From NCBI RefSeq assembly GCF_006345805.1, contig NC_042997.1:93186001-93250000 (forward strand): a DNA stretch of 64,000 bases. The letters are read 5' to 3'. The translations under genes were made by a program, and so were the position numbers. This DNA comes from Octopus sinensis (Eukaryota). Below, in pieces: positions 52,150 through 64,000 of the stretch (positions within the stretch are counted from its first letter, which is position 1; every line of letters begins with the position of its first letter). The notes beneath the pieces are model-generated. The model had not been told where the DNA came from. It was given only the letters and a program-made list of their open reading frames with translations, and ran no database searches.

Positions 52150-53859
52150 TTTAGGACATTTATATTACTGATGAGGTAGTCAATATTTTTCAGCTAGAGT
52201 GTAGTTGGGTCTCAAGGGGGTGGTACAAACCTAGCATCATGTGTTTTATAGTGAAAACAAAATCTCCATTCAAATGGCAATTACTGGACGATTTTCTGAT
52301 GGAGTCTGTTTTAAGTCGTAGTGGAAACGCGACTTATGTCGTAAATAGGCATACGAATATTGTATAAATTTTATAATTGAAAAATTACTATATATTGTAC
52401 ATATAAGTATACCAGACTGCAAGCGCAATTGCACCCGCGGGCGAGAGTTTCCCCACCCCTGCATTACATAATGTAGTCATATTTTCATTGTGAATGAAAA
52501 ATGACGGGATAGTTGTGACAGAACTACCTTTGATCATGGTCTGCTCGATCGGGGATCTTCTAAGGGATAAACAGAAACAAATAAACGAATGAAAACATTC
52601 TCAAAGTTCAAAATATCCCAGTGGAATTACATCTACTGAGAGAAAATTGTGACTAGCAAATTCTACCAGCATAACATTCACTAGACCACTAATTGTAGGA
52701 CATTCATATATTCAACAAAGTAATAGCTGATGCTTTAAAAACCATGTCCATAGTCAACTCAATAAAACCAGAGATCACTTCAGATGCGATCCTGAAATGC
52801 CATGCAACAAGAAATAAAATTCAGCTTAGGGCAACCAAACAAGGAAGTTACGAAGCAACAAAGAAAGTAAAAATAAAGAATGCTAAATATTTAGTATCTA
52901 ACACCAACCGACAAAATAGACAGTAAAAGCTATATGAAGTCATTAGCAGCATAAACAAGTGTAACAGGCACGCCACATTCCATGTCAAAATAACTTCAAG
53001 TTTTAAAGTTACACACCACATGCAGGCAAAGTCGCTTATCAAACACTTTTCCTTCCATCAAATACCGGAAAAGCAATAGAGATTTTAAAAATTATATATA
53101 TACAAAATAAAAACTTTTAGTGACAAAATCTCAAACACCTAAAACACTTAAGGAGCTGAAGAAATGAGTGCATATGTCTTCAATATCACAATGTAGAAAC
53201 AATGGGAGCCTCTACACAGTCATTTGTTCTGTTGTAAATATCAAACAAATACCCATCAAATTGCACGCTATTGTTTTTTTTAAAAAGAGAACACATTTGA
53301 GAATGTAGTAGAGATACAAAAAGATGAGACTGTCACGGATGGAATAACTTTGATCATAAATGTATTCGTTCAGAGCTAAACAGCAACAACAATACCCCAC
53401 TGCAAAAAGTTGGAATTTTGGGAATATAAAATTCCGAATCAATCAGCATCACCCAAACCCATTTCATTTCTTGACACTCCTTCAAAAATGCTTAAAAGAC
53501 ACATTGTTGCACTCCTCTTTCCAGCTCCCAACGTACGTTTACATTATAACTCATATTGCCCCACATAGGCAACATAAGACTTTGTCCCACGAATCATTTG
53601 ATTCTATTCCTCACCACCTACTTAAACACAATATAATCATCCTTTTTTTTAAGAAACGACACAAAAACTGCTAGACATCTTACCTCTCAGGTCGGAAAGT
53701 TAGTCTCATGCACAAGAATGATATATCCAGTACTTAAACTTCTCAACATCTATTCTTTTTACTTATGCTCACATTTCCACAGTCATATCCTCTCAAGCAT
53801 CTTTGAACAACAGCTCCTACACGTATCAAATATCTAGAGCCAAAAGTATGCTTTTACCC

Positions 53860-54150
53860 AGATGTTCGACTTGCTAGAAATAGCAGCCAAATCACCCTCA
53901 AATCGCACCTTAACGTCTTGAAAAAAAAGGATATACCAAATAGTGTGTTCCTGAGTCCACTGCACACGGAAAAAAGACGGGACGGTCACTGTTGGAATGC
54001 TTTTAAGTCTGCTTATTTAGTGCTGACGTAGACCTAAACAACAACCATGGGCCTATATGAGATCGTTCGAACTACTAGAATTAACGACTAAATCTTTCTC
54101 AAATCCTATCCTACAAACTTCAACTAAAAAACAAAACAAGAAAACTAGTA
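53860..54150. repeat. interspersed repeat fragments (family also at ~48790-48990, opposite strand)
   Basis: gttcgacttgctagaaatagcagccaaatc resembles the reverse complement of gatttggttactatttctagaggatcgaa. Confidence 0.5.
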
Positions 54151-55499
54151 TACAAACAGTATTTTAGATTGATGACATGTTACATATTAAATTGATGACT
54201 TGTCCGAGTAGACGGAATGGTCCTCAACCAGACTGAAGCATGACGTATATAGAACAATATATTATGTAAGTGAAATAGGTCTGATCGCTCTGAGTTATAA
54301 GAACAACAAGGAAAACTTTTGATAAACTTTTCAAATCCCCCCTTGAACTGTAGAAAATGTTTGAGTCTATCTTATTGATTTCATCTTTTCCCAGTATTTC
54401 AAATTAGTGTGGATTTTTTTTTTTTTTTCACATCTTTTGCATCATAATTTCTGTAATGTATACCCGAAGGGGTTTCTAATCTGAGTAATATGTTTTACGT
54501 ATATTTGCCGCCTCTCTAATTGACGGCTGTGAATTCCTACTCATTGTTCTTTTTTAGAGAATTCCATCACTTAGAAATAATTACATAAGCAATTTCTTAC
54601 ATAACCTTTTTCACCATTGTCTATTGGTGAAATTCAGGAAATAAACCTTTAAGCATCAGGTGGTTCTATTAATTTTATTCGGAACACAGGTGTCCAAACT
54701 GTATTTGCGTTACCCGAAGAATAGTTAGAGTTTTAAAAAAAAAATTGAGATACTGTGTCAATTCGCCATAGTAATTTAGGCAAAACACTCACATTTGCAA
54801 GACAGCTGACTTCTACTACAAAGCAGTATTTTTGTTCGCTTTGTATGTATGTGCGTATGAATATAGGGAACGTTGTCCCCCACCGTTAAATGACATCAGA
54901 CAACTCAGCGAAAATAGAATCAACATTAGGCCAACATAAAACCTTGAATCCCTAACTCATTCATTAGACTACACAGACATTTTTTTTAGACAAACTGATG
55001 CACCTGTAAAAAGACATTTTCCCACATTCACGACGGATTAAATATATTTTGAAAAAACTTTAATTAGCAAACCTGTTTAAAAAATTTGCACGTGCCTTAG
55101 CTGTTCTCTAGTTTATTTCACACGACAATTGTAAATGTTGTTTATTTCTTCTTTAGTTCAAACAGGTCGCAGTACTTTTAATATATCCCCGTTCTTTTCC
55201 TCGTCGATAAATCACAAACATCAGATTTAATTAACGCATTATATAAATGTAGCATACAAAACAAGCAAATTTTCTAACAACTTTTTGCACAATTTTGTAA
55301 CTAAATTTATATTTGTTTCTCAAACCTGGGCCATGCGCTGCCTGGTCACATGAATGAAACACAAGCTTCAGAAAACAATAATAAAACAAATTATTAACAT
55401 TGTGACTTTTGGCTATTAGAGACGCAAGAGAAACACTTCTTGCTAGTAACCAAAACTGAGTTTGGGTTTCGATCAGACATGAATTTATTTGTACTCAGT

Positions 55500-55720
55500 G
55501 GTTCTTATACTCATTTTTACTATAGGCGCAAATGCTGAAATTTTGGGTGTGGTGACTAGTTGATTACATTGACCCCACTGCTCAGCTGATACTTACTTTA
55601 TTGACCGCGAAAATATGAAAGACAAAGTCGATCACGGGGACATTCGAATTCAGAGCGTAAAGCGGAAGAAATGCCGCTCAGCATTTAGTCCAGCGTGCTA
55701 ACGTTTCTGCCAGTTCGTTG
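55500..55720 (-). mobile_element. SINE family A, degenerate
   Basis: gcgtgctaacgtttctgccagttcg and aaagtcga. Confidence 0.8.
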
Positions 55721-57119
55721 CTTTTATGTTTGAGAAATAAGATATCATTTGCTATCATCTCGTTTCATTTCATCACATCTTCATAGAATAATAATGAAAT
55801 CCGTGTATATCCCCAAAAGTGAGGAGCAGAGCTTTCACTATCCATATTATATGCAAGTCGTTTGAAATAGTTGAATTTGTATTGCATTTATCATTAGGAT
55901 TGTACAATTTAGGGAAGGAGCATAGCCGCTTGCGTTAATCCCCAAATATAAATAGTACTTTTTTATTGACCCTAGAAGGGTGTAAAAGAAACTCGACTCT
56001 ATTGGGTTTTGGACCCATAGAGAAGAATAGTGCAGGATATTTAATCCTGCACCACTTCAGTGCCTACCCTAATTATAATCACGCTAATCCTTATCATAAT
56101 AAACATGATCATTAGTTAGGAGTTGTGCTCCAGAACTAGCGCGTGACTCACGATCATCAAGTAGAAAATAAAATTAACAAATCTGTTTTTCTTTTCGTCA
56201 ATTTTCAGTCAAACTTAAAATGTCTTATTTTCTTCTATTAAAAGCAAATTATGGATAATTCTATAAGATTCAAAGAGCGCCATGCTAGAGGGGAATGGTC
56301 AGATTAGAAGTCATCGAAAGCCCAGACAAGATTAACAGATATTTGAAATAATGAGAAAATACTGAAACAGCGAATGGAAAAGTAAAGTACAGAATTATGT
56401 TACGGCTATCATTGGCTGTTTATGCTATAACTTTAACTGAATCTTATTGCTAGAGTAGACCCAATTCCTCAAATGTAAGCATTCCTTTGCTTATACACAG
56501 AAGGGTTTCACTTGCACTTAAGTTACCGAAATTTTGCTTTTGTATTTGTTTTGCAAGATTCTTGATGAGAAATGCGAAGTCGACCTCCGTATTTTACTCA
56601 ACCAGATTATTAGACTACCAGAAAGAATACATCCTATTAAAGAGGAGAATCCTTCTCTTTCGTGAAGGGGAATTTTGGTCTAGGTGAACCATGTTTGGCG
56701 AGTTCGGTGTAATTATGGGGTTCTCGGACATCACGTAGATAACAACGTTGGAGTGTTGAAGTGTTTATGCATTACAAAGTCAAGGGGAACTTCTTTCACT
56801 TCGGAAGTGGACGACATTGGAGTGACACTCTATTTACAGACTCTGAATTTCACCATCTGAACTCGAGAGACGGAGGAAAGGCTGTCGGGTCAAACTTTCT
56901 CCCTAGTTGCCCGAGGGGTTTTCTATGTCCACCAGTTCTCATCTTTTTTTGTCCATCACTGTAGAAGCCGTGCTGTAACCCTACCTTTAAATTTTCATTT
57001 TCTTTTGTTTTAGTCAGAGTTATATATGCGCGTGTGAGGGTGAGAGAAGGGAGATAGATAGATGGATACATAGATAGATAGTTACGTGTGTGTGTGTGTG
57101 TGTGTATCTATGTGTGCCT

Positions 57120-57345
57120 TTGTGTCTTTGTGTCTGTGCTTACCACTCATTACCGCTGGACAACCTACGTTGGTTTGTTTACGTCCCCGTAACTTTAGCG
57201 GTTCGGTAAAAAAAAAAACCAGACCGACGGAATACGTAATAAACTTTTAAAAATAGGTACTGGGGGTTATTTGTTCGACTAAACCCTTCAAAGCAGAGCC
57301 CCAGCATGGCCGCAGTCCAATGAATGAAACGGGTGGGTGATAAAA
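57120..57345 (+). mobile_element. SINE family B 3' half
   Basis: tacgtccccgtaac...ccccagcatggccgcagtccaatgaatgaaac. Confidence 0.8.
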
Positions 57346-57564
57346 GATGATTGGAAAGGATCACTCTCCATTGATAAAATTGTATGTGTGTGTGTGCGTA
57401 CGCGTATTTGTGTATGTATGTGAATTTGCATAATTTTAAATTTACTCATTTATACGTGTGCCCGAGTGCGTGTTTCTGTCTGGGTACTGTGCGAGTGCGT
57501 GTGTTTAAATCAATACAGAGAACGTAGTTTACGCTCACACACAAACAAACAAACAGCTGCACGG

Positions 57565-57873
57565 GAGCGTATTTGCCGAGATAACTTGAGGTCAAGCGAA
57601 TATTCAGCAATAGTTGATCTTCATAAAATAGACTGTATGAATTGCACTTGAAAAACAACTGATTGGAAAATTATCAAGTCAACAGGTTATGTCTAATTAT
57701 GTTTTACGCGTGGATCTCATACACACAGATCCACGTACAAACATACTCCAACATAACCTGTTAACTTGATAATTGTCCAATCAGTTGTTTTTCAAGTGCA
57801 ATTCATACAGTCTAGTTTATGATCAACTATTGTTGAATATTTGCTTGACCTCAAGTTATCTCGGCAAATACTC
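57565..57873. mobile_element. fold-back MITE-like palindrome with ~150-bp arms
   Basis: 57565-57717 is inverted to 57727-57873; 9-nt loop catacacac. Confidence 0.88.
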
Positions 57874-57937
57874 ATGCACATGTGAAACTGTTTGTGTGTG
57901 GCGGGCATATGGCGTAGTGATCATAATAATAATGATG

Positions 57938-57989
<52 letters not shown>

Positions 57990-58396
57990 CAACAACATCG
58001 AAAAATACCTTAGGAATGAGAACCCAGATTCGAAAATTCCCCCAGGACACCTGATGAAGGCTGAAGGGTGATGAGGACAAAACCAGTCAAAATGTAAATA
58101 ATGTAAATAACCACCGCTACCTATTTTTTAAGGTTTACTGCGTATTCCATCGGTCTGTTTTTTTTTTGCCGAACTGCTAAGTGATGAGGACGTAAACACA
58201 CCAGCATCGGTTATCAAGAAGTATTTTTTTACTTCTATTTTTTAGCGATATAGGTACTCATGTAGTACCTTTGTATATATATATGTACATATCTAATATT
58301 GTATGTATATATTTTATTAATTTGCCTGTACGGCTGATAATTCGCTTACCACACGTGATGGAATTTTAATGATACCATCCCTACATATATATATAA

Positions 58397-58944
58397 AGAG
58401 AAGCTACACAAAGAAAATCGTCTCAATGCAAAATATCAGCTACTGGGAAAGACTGAAGGTATTAAACCTCTTCTCCCTAGAGCGGCGGCGGGAGAGATAT
58501 GCGGTGATATACATCTGGAAAATCCTGGAGGGTCTTGTCCCAAACTTTGGCATTCAAAGTTACTCCAACCGCAGAACGGGGCGCCACTGCATGGTGCCAA
58601 GGATTCCAACATCACCATCAAAATACAGGTCCAGATACTGCAACAGCTTGGGTTTCAGAGGACCGCAGCTCTTTAACATCCTCCCTAAATGCCTGAGAGA
58701 CTTACATGGTGTGGATGTGGGTTTCTTTAAAACTAAACTGGATCTCTTCTTGTCGGGGGTCCCAGATGAGCCTACCTCACGACAGGAGACGCGGATGCGG
58801 GCAGCAGCATCGAACTCCCTTGTTGATCAAGTGCTACGTATCAGAGGTGGATTCACAAATTAGTGTAGCTCATTCAGAGGTGGTGCCCCAGCATGGCCGC
58901 GGCCTTCGGGCTAAAACATTTTTAAGGATTTAAGGATTTAAGGA
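58397..58944 (+). mobile_element. second, heavily 5'-truncated copy of the CR1/L2-group LINE
   Basis: Nearly identical to ~43473-44016, with (aggattta)n tail and (TA)n flanks. Confidence 0.95.
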
Positions 58945-59639
58945 TATATATATATATATCCTGATGAAACTTATTAAAAGTAATGTTATATAAGATGAAT
59001 TGTTCTAATAAGTCATGACTAAATATATATAAAAAATATACGAAAAGTGAACCACAAAACTATAAAGCTGTAAGTCAGTACAAGACGAATTATAAATCTG
59101 TCAGTGACGTCAATGAAAAGTCCATGTGCTTAGTGAAGCAGAGTAAAATTGTCAATGGAATAGAATGTTTCACTAAAAAAAAGCTTAAGCCCACCAGTAG
59201 ACTATTTAACTCTGCCAGAACATAAAAATGATATACTAAACAACGTAAGCAACACATATTTCTTCTTAGTCTACACCAGATCACTCGTGGATGTCGACGT
59301 TGAGGAAATTTCTCTTGGCTGAGTGAAATGACATTGTGCGTACCAACTCTTGATACAGAGCACAGTTTTGTGTCCCGCATCAGTTCACGGATGGACGTCA
59401 TGAGGGCCCAATGAAAGAAAATAAGCTCACAGTCACAAACGCACGCATACATCATCATGCATAGGGACTAACACAAATGTTTTCTTTATCCCTACACTTT
59501 TTAATTAGTTTAAGTGAATGGTTTTAGTCTATACTGGGACACCACATTCAATGCATTTTAATTGATTGATTATATTGGTTCCAGTATTTATTTCAATTTG
59601 ATAACATTTTATCGTTTTCTGTTTGTCGGACTATCTTTT

Positions 59640-59784
59640 TTTTTTACTGGTTTTAGTCAATTGACTACGGCCATGCTGGAGCACAGCCTTGAATGGCATT
59701 TAGTCGAACAAATCGACCCAGGGACTTTTTTTAAGGCTGCTACTTATTCTACAGGTCTCGTTTGTCGAACTACTAAGTTACGGA

Positions 59785-59785
<1 letters not shown>
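59640..59785 (-). mobile_element. SINE family B 3' half
   Basis: Minus strand gtgctccagcatggccgtagtcaattgactaaaacc. Confidence 0.75.
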
Positions 59786-59872
<87 letters not shown>

Positions 59873-59880
59873 ATATATAT

Positions 59881-59952
<72 letters not shown>

Positions 59953-59957
59953 ATGTG

Positions 59958-60268
59958 TGGAGGCGCAATGGCCCAGTCGTTAGAGCAGCGGACTCGCGGT
60001 CGTAGGATCGCGGTTTCGATTCCCAGACCGGGCGTTGTGAGTGTTTATTGAGTGAAAACACCTAAAGCTCCACGAGGCTCCGGCAGCGGGGGTGGCGATC
60101 CCTGCTGTACTCTTTCGCCACAACTTTCTCTCAATCTTTCTTCTGTTTGGCCAGCTCGCTTAGCCAGCGGGGTGGCGTCATTTGAAGGCTAAAAAACAAT
60201 GCGAATCGCATTGTGACCAGCGATGTGTAGCAACATCTGATAGCCTGGTCGGTCACGGTGATCACGGT
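59958..60268 (+). mobile_element. tRNA-derived SINE family D
   Basis: ggaggcgcaatggcccagtcgttagagcagcggactcgcgg...ggtttcgattccc (A/B boxes), embedded in (TA)n. Confidence 0.8.
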
Positions 60269-60270
60269 GA

Positions 60271-60302
<32 letters not shown>

Positions 60303-60530
60303 AAGCAGATCCACTCACAAGGCTTTGGCAGGCCCGTGGCGACAAAGAAGACATTTGCAGGACATAAATAACAACATCAGCAATATATGTGCGTGTGTGA
60401 TGAAGCCAATAAACAATACTGTGTTCAAGTTTTATCTCTTTCATCAAGGTTTTTTTCTACATATTTTTGTATGAGTTCTTTGTAATACGCTTGTAAGAAT
60501 ACAATGACGTAAAATATCCTGTATACATAG

Positions 60531-61892
60531 CACAATGTAACACATGTTTTGTTTATTTGTATTTTTTAATGTTCATATATGCATTTTTTGCCACTAAATT
60601 CAAAAATCACATTCGTTTTGACGTAACATTCATAGTTATTTATTTATTCCTAATTTCATATTTGCTCATTATATTTGTAACTTTCCTCTACACCACTTTG
60701 TTGGTTCAATCTATTCTAGTATAGTAAGGATAATTACACAACATTTAATACCTTTTCATATATTGAAAGGTATTTAGGAAGTATAATATTTGTTAGAACA
60801 AAAATGAAACAATAAAACTTTGCACTGTAAATGCCTTGATAGCTCTTTTCTTAAGATGAGAAGTGCTTTGACGATCGAGATTTTCTGGTGTGTATACCTT
60901 CATCTCTTCTGACTAGAGACCATATATAATCTCCCATCATAGCAGTATCCCATCGTCCTTGGAATCTTCTTTCCATAGTTGCGATGTCCTGATGAAATCT
61001 CTCACCATGATCCTCACTTCATGGCGCTTCCAGTACGCAGATGTCTTGCAGTCTTCCCCCAGTAGATTCCATTCCTTCAACCTTGATGAAAGAAGTTCAG
61101 CTCCTGACTTAGTAAGACCCAGATCCCTGATTAAATCATCTAGCTCACTCTGATTTGGTAAGTGAGGCTCCGAAGTCGTTCTTGGTACGAAAGTTTCCTC
61201 CATTTCTTGGCTGCTGCTACTTGTTGACTCTTTGGATGAAATATTTTCTGGTGGTAGTGATACTCATAAACTGTCATCATGTGGGACAGCTGCTCTAGAT
61301 GATTGTATGTCCGGATACTGAAGAGCTTGTCTTCCTTTCACTTTTCTGTACTTTGTCACATCGATCATAGAAAAGTAACAGTCATCGTGATGGTTCTTTG
61401 GCTCTCTCTATACCCTTGGAATGGCAAAAGGCATTGACCTTCCTGTACCTCTTAACCACCCTTCTAGAGTAGATCGACAGCTTCCACATATCACATGTGG
61501 GGCCCATGGTTTGTCCTGGTCACCCATGGGCATTCCGAAATAGAATCTGTACACTATCCATAATTTGGCACCTTTCATGATCTTATGTAATACCTGCTTT
61601 TTCCAATATAATAACCACACACATAGAAAAATGTATCTGGAGAATTTTTACATATTCTAATAGCCATCCTGAAAGGAGCAGAACTTAGTAATTAGTCTGA
61701 AAGAGAAAATTAAACATACATTTAGTAAGGAACAATACCGAATATATAATAACATTGAAAGTCGACATATTTTTTTAACTGTTAATGATACAGAAAAAAT
61801 AATTTCATTTTTGGCATCAGCAGAAAAAATGGATTGATAAACAATAAAAAAAAATACAGCAAACATTTTTTTTTGAAAATTGTTACGTTGTG
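60531..61892 (-). mobile_element. Chapaev3-type (CMC) DNA transposon deletion derivative
   Basis: TIRs cacaa(t/c)gtaaca; 3-bp flanks tag/taa. FGMPMGDQDKPWAPHVICGSC...MPFAIPRV and QSELDDLIRDLGLTKSGAELLSSRLKEWNLL. Confidence 0.82.
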
Positions 61893-63259
61893 TAATTGGT
61901 ATACTGTCAAACAGTTATGTCCTAATACTTCTATGATATCCATCATGGCCACGTAAAGCGCTACAAACGTAATCCCCGCAAAAAGACCACATTGTTAGAC
62001 CATCACTTTATTTACCTAATAATAGCTTCCCACGAAAACATTTCTCCGTTTTCCTAGAAACTAATTATGTCCTTTGTATGGTAGCTGCTATTAACGTGTA
62101 GTTTAATACTTGGGTGTTTCTATGTATTACGATTTCAATTGTCCATGCCTGTAGGACATCGGTAATGTCACTATATTGTTGTTTTTCACTAAGATTACTA
62201 AAGAGTGCACTATACTTTTCTGAAGTACATTTTTTGCATTGTTCAATTATTCAGTGACTGTGTCTAGGTGTTTTTATTTGAGATATAGGTCGGAGGGGAA
62301 TGCTTTGTTTACGTACTTTTACATTTCTATAGATATGTACAGGAGCAAATTCTAATTCAATGGATGATATTAAGTTCCAAATTGCTTTTGTATTTACAAG
62401 TATGACACCTTCATGCCACTTCACTAAGAGATGTTTCGAGTTGAGCAACTACACATACACACACACACATATGTATGTATATCCTTATTCAGTTTTATTT
62501 TAAGATTTTGCGCCAATAGAGAAAGGGTCGGTTTCTAACTTAGATCCACGGTTCATTCACAGGAATTTCGACATCAGCAACAGGGTATGTATGTATGTAT
62601 GTATGTATGTATGTATGTATGTATGTATGTATGTATCTATGTATGTATGTATGTATGTATGTATAGGTGCAAATTTACATGTTTTGGTTTTATGCACGTC
62701 TTCTCATGCATATACTTACATATCTAAACATGCTCATATATATTTGAATTATAAACTTCTGGAAAGTTTTACAGATTTTTATAGTTCCAGTGATGAATTG
62801 GATCAGTAGTTTTCGAATTAGCGTTCTCCTTGCAGGTTTTGAAAAGCCTACTTTCTCAAGATTGGTATTTAGGCTGTGTTTTTTACATATCCCGTATGTA
62901 TGTATGTATGTATGTATGTATGTATGTATGTATGTATGTATGTATGTGTGCAAGTGTGCATGAATTTATAATAATTATAAATCCTATGTCACTGAGTAGA
63001 GAAAAAACATTTCTCCTATTCTTTTAGTCTGGAAGAATAAAATTATTTCGAAAACTGCTTTATGCTTCTGTATGAAAATAGAACAACTATCATTCTACAA
63101 CACCCAACATTCATGAATTGTGTACAATAAAAGTTTTCAAAAGCTGAACAAATAGCTATAACTGATTTCGTCATTTAAGAATATTTACACCGAATATATA
63201 GTTTCATACATATCTACTTGGCTATTTACAACTATACTGAATGTATTTTCTTCACAATC

Positions 63260-63449
63260 TACCAATATTATCTATCACTCCCATGATATGCAGATTTGCA
63301 ATTCTCTGTTTTTAACACATACACATATATGCGTACACACACATGTGTGTGAATGTATGTACATATATGGATATATGCATGTATGTATGTATACGCGCGC
63401 GCACACATACATATACATACATACATACATACATACATACATACATACA

Positions 63450-63483
<34 letters not shown>

Positions 63484-63958
63484 CTTACATACATACATAT
63501 ATATACAGGGTACATCAGAAATAACGCCCTTTTTGCATTTAATAACTTTTATAGTGTATAATGTTTATAAAGTAATTTTTTATTGACCACAAATTTATTG
63601 CATTACTTAAAGAAACGAATAATAAACTAATGAAAACTCGCAGAAGTTTTAGGGAATAAAAAAGAAACTCAAATACAAATACAATAATTATAAATCTGTA
63701 GGATTTATAATTATTATAAATACATACATACATACATACATACATACATACATACATACATACACACATACACACACACACACATACATACACACATACA
63801 TACATACATACATACAAAAATGCATACATACATACATACATACATACATACATACATACATACACACATACACACACACACACACATACATACACACATA
63901 CATACATACATACATACATGCATACATACATACATACATACATACATACATACATACA

Positions 63959-63990
<32 letters not shown>
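63260..63990. repeat. long (TACA)n/(CA)n microsatellite tracts
   Basis: Direct; interrupted by a 63505-63720 AT-rich block that may start with a mariner-like end. Confidence 0.93.
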
Positions 63991-64000
63991 AATGAGTAAC

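Noticed and set aside
56610-56960. GC-richer unique block with short minus-strand ORFs (MSENPIITPNSPN...)
   Set aside because: No clear splice or homology support
58051-58085. CTGATGA hammerhead-like start after an (AAT)n tract
   Set aside because: No GAAA or closing stems follow; at best an internally deleted relic
59958-60030. tRNA-like sequences at SINE heads
   Set aside because: They continue into SINE bodies and lack a complete cloverleaf, so they are not called as tRNA genes

Overview
AT-rich animal genomic DNA saturated with microsatellites and transposable elements. The tRNA-derived SINE families and the (TA)n/(TATG)n/(ATT)n density suggest a coleoid cephalopod such as Octopus; this is inference, not something the window proves. 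No host protein-coding gene can be assembled with confidence, and most ORFs in the track are translated microsatellites. Supported elements are: a recent 5'-truncated CR1/L2-group LINE with an uninterrupted 2.5-kb ORF plus a short second copy; a decayed CRE-clade RLE retrotransposon; Penelope-like (GIY-YIG) remnants; RTE and R4-like fragments; Tc1, mariner, Chapaev3 and hAT elements; and many SINEs. The most notable observations are a structurally complete hammerhead ribozyme in a ~470-nt terminally redundant unit (retrozyme or pLTR-like), an apparently ORF1-only (HAL1-like) retroelement nested in a mariner, a LINE-SINE shared 3' stem-loop with compensatory changes, and several palindromes. 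These include a ~1.8-kb fold-back that may be a read or assembly artefact, a perfect 49-bp hairpin, and an inverted-repeat element enclosing telomeric repeats. All alignments and folds were done by eye.
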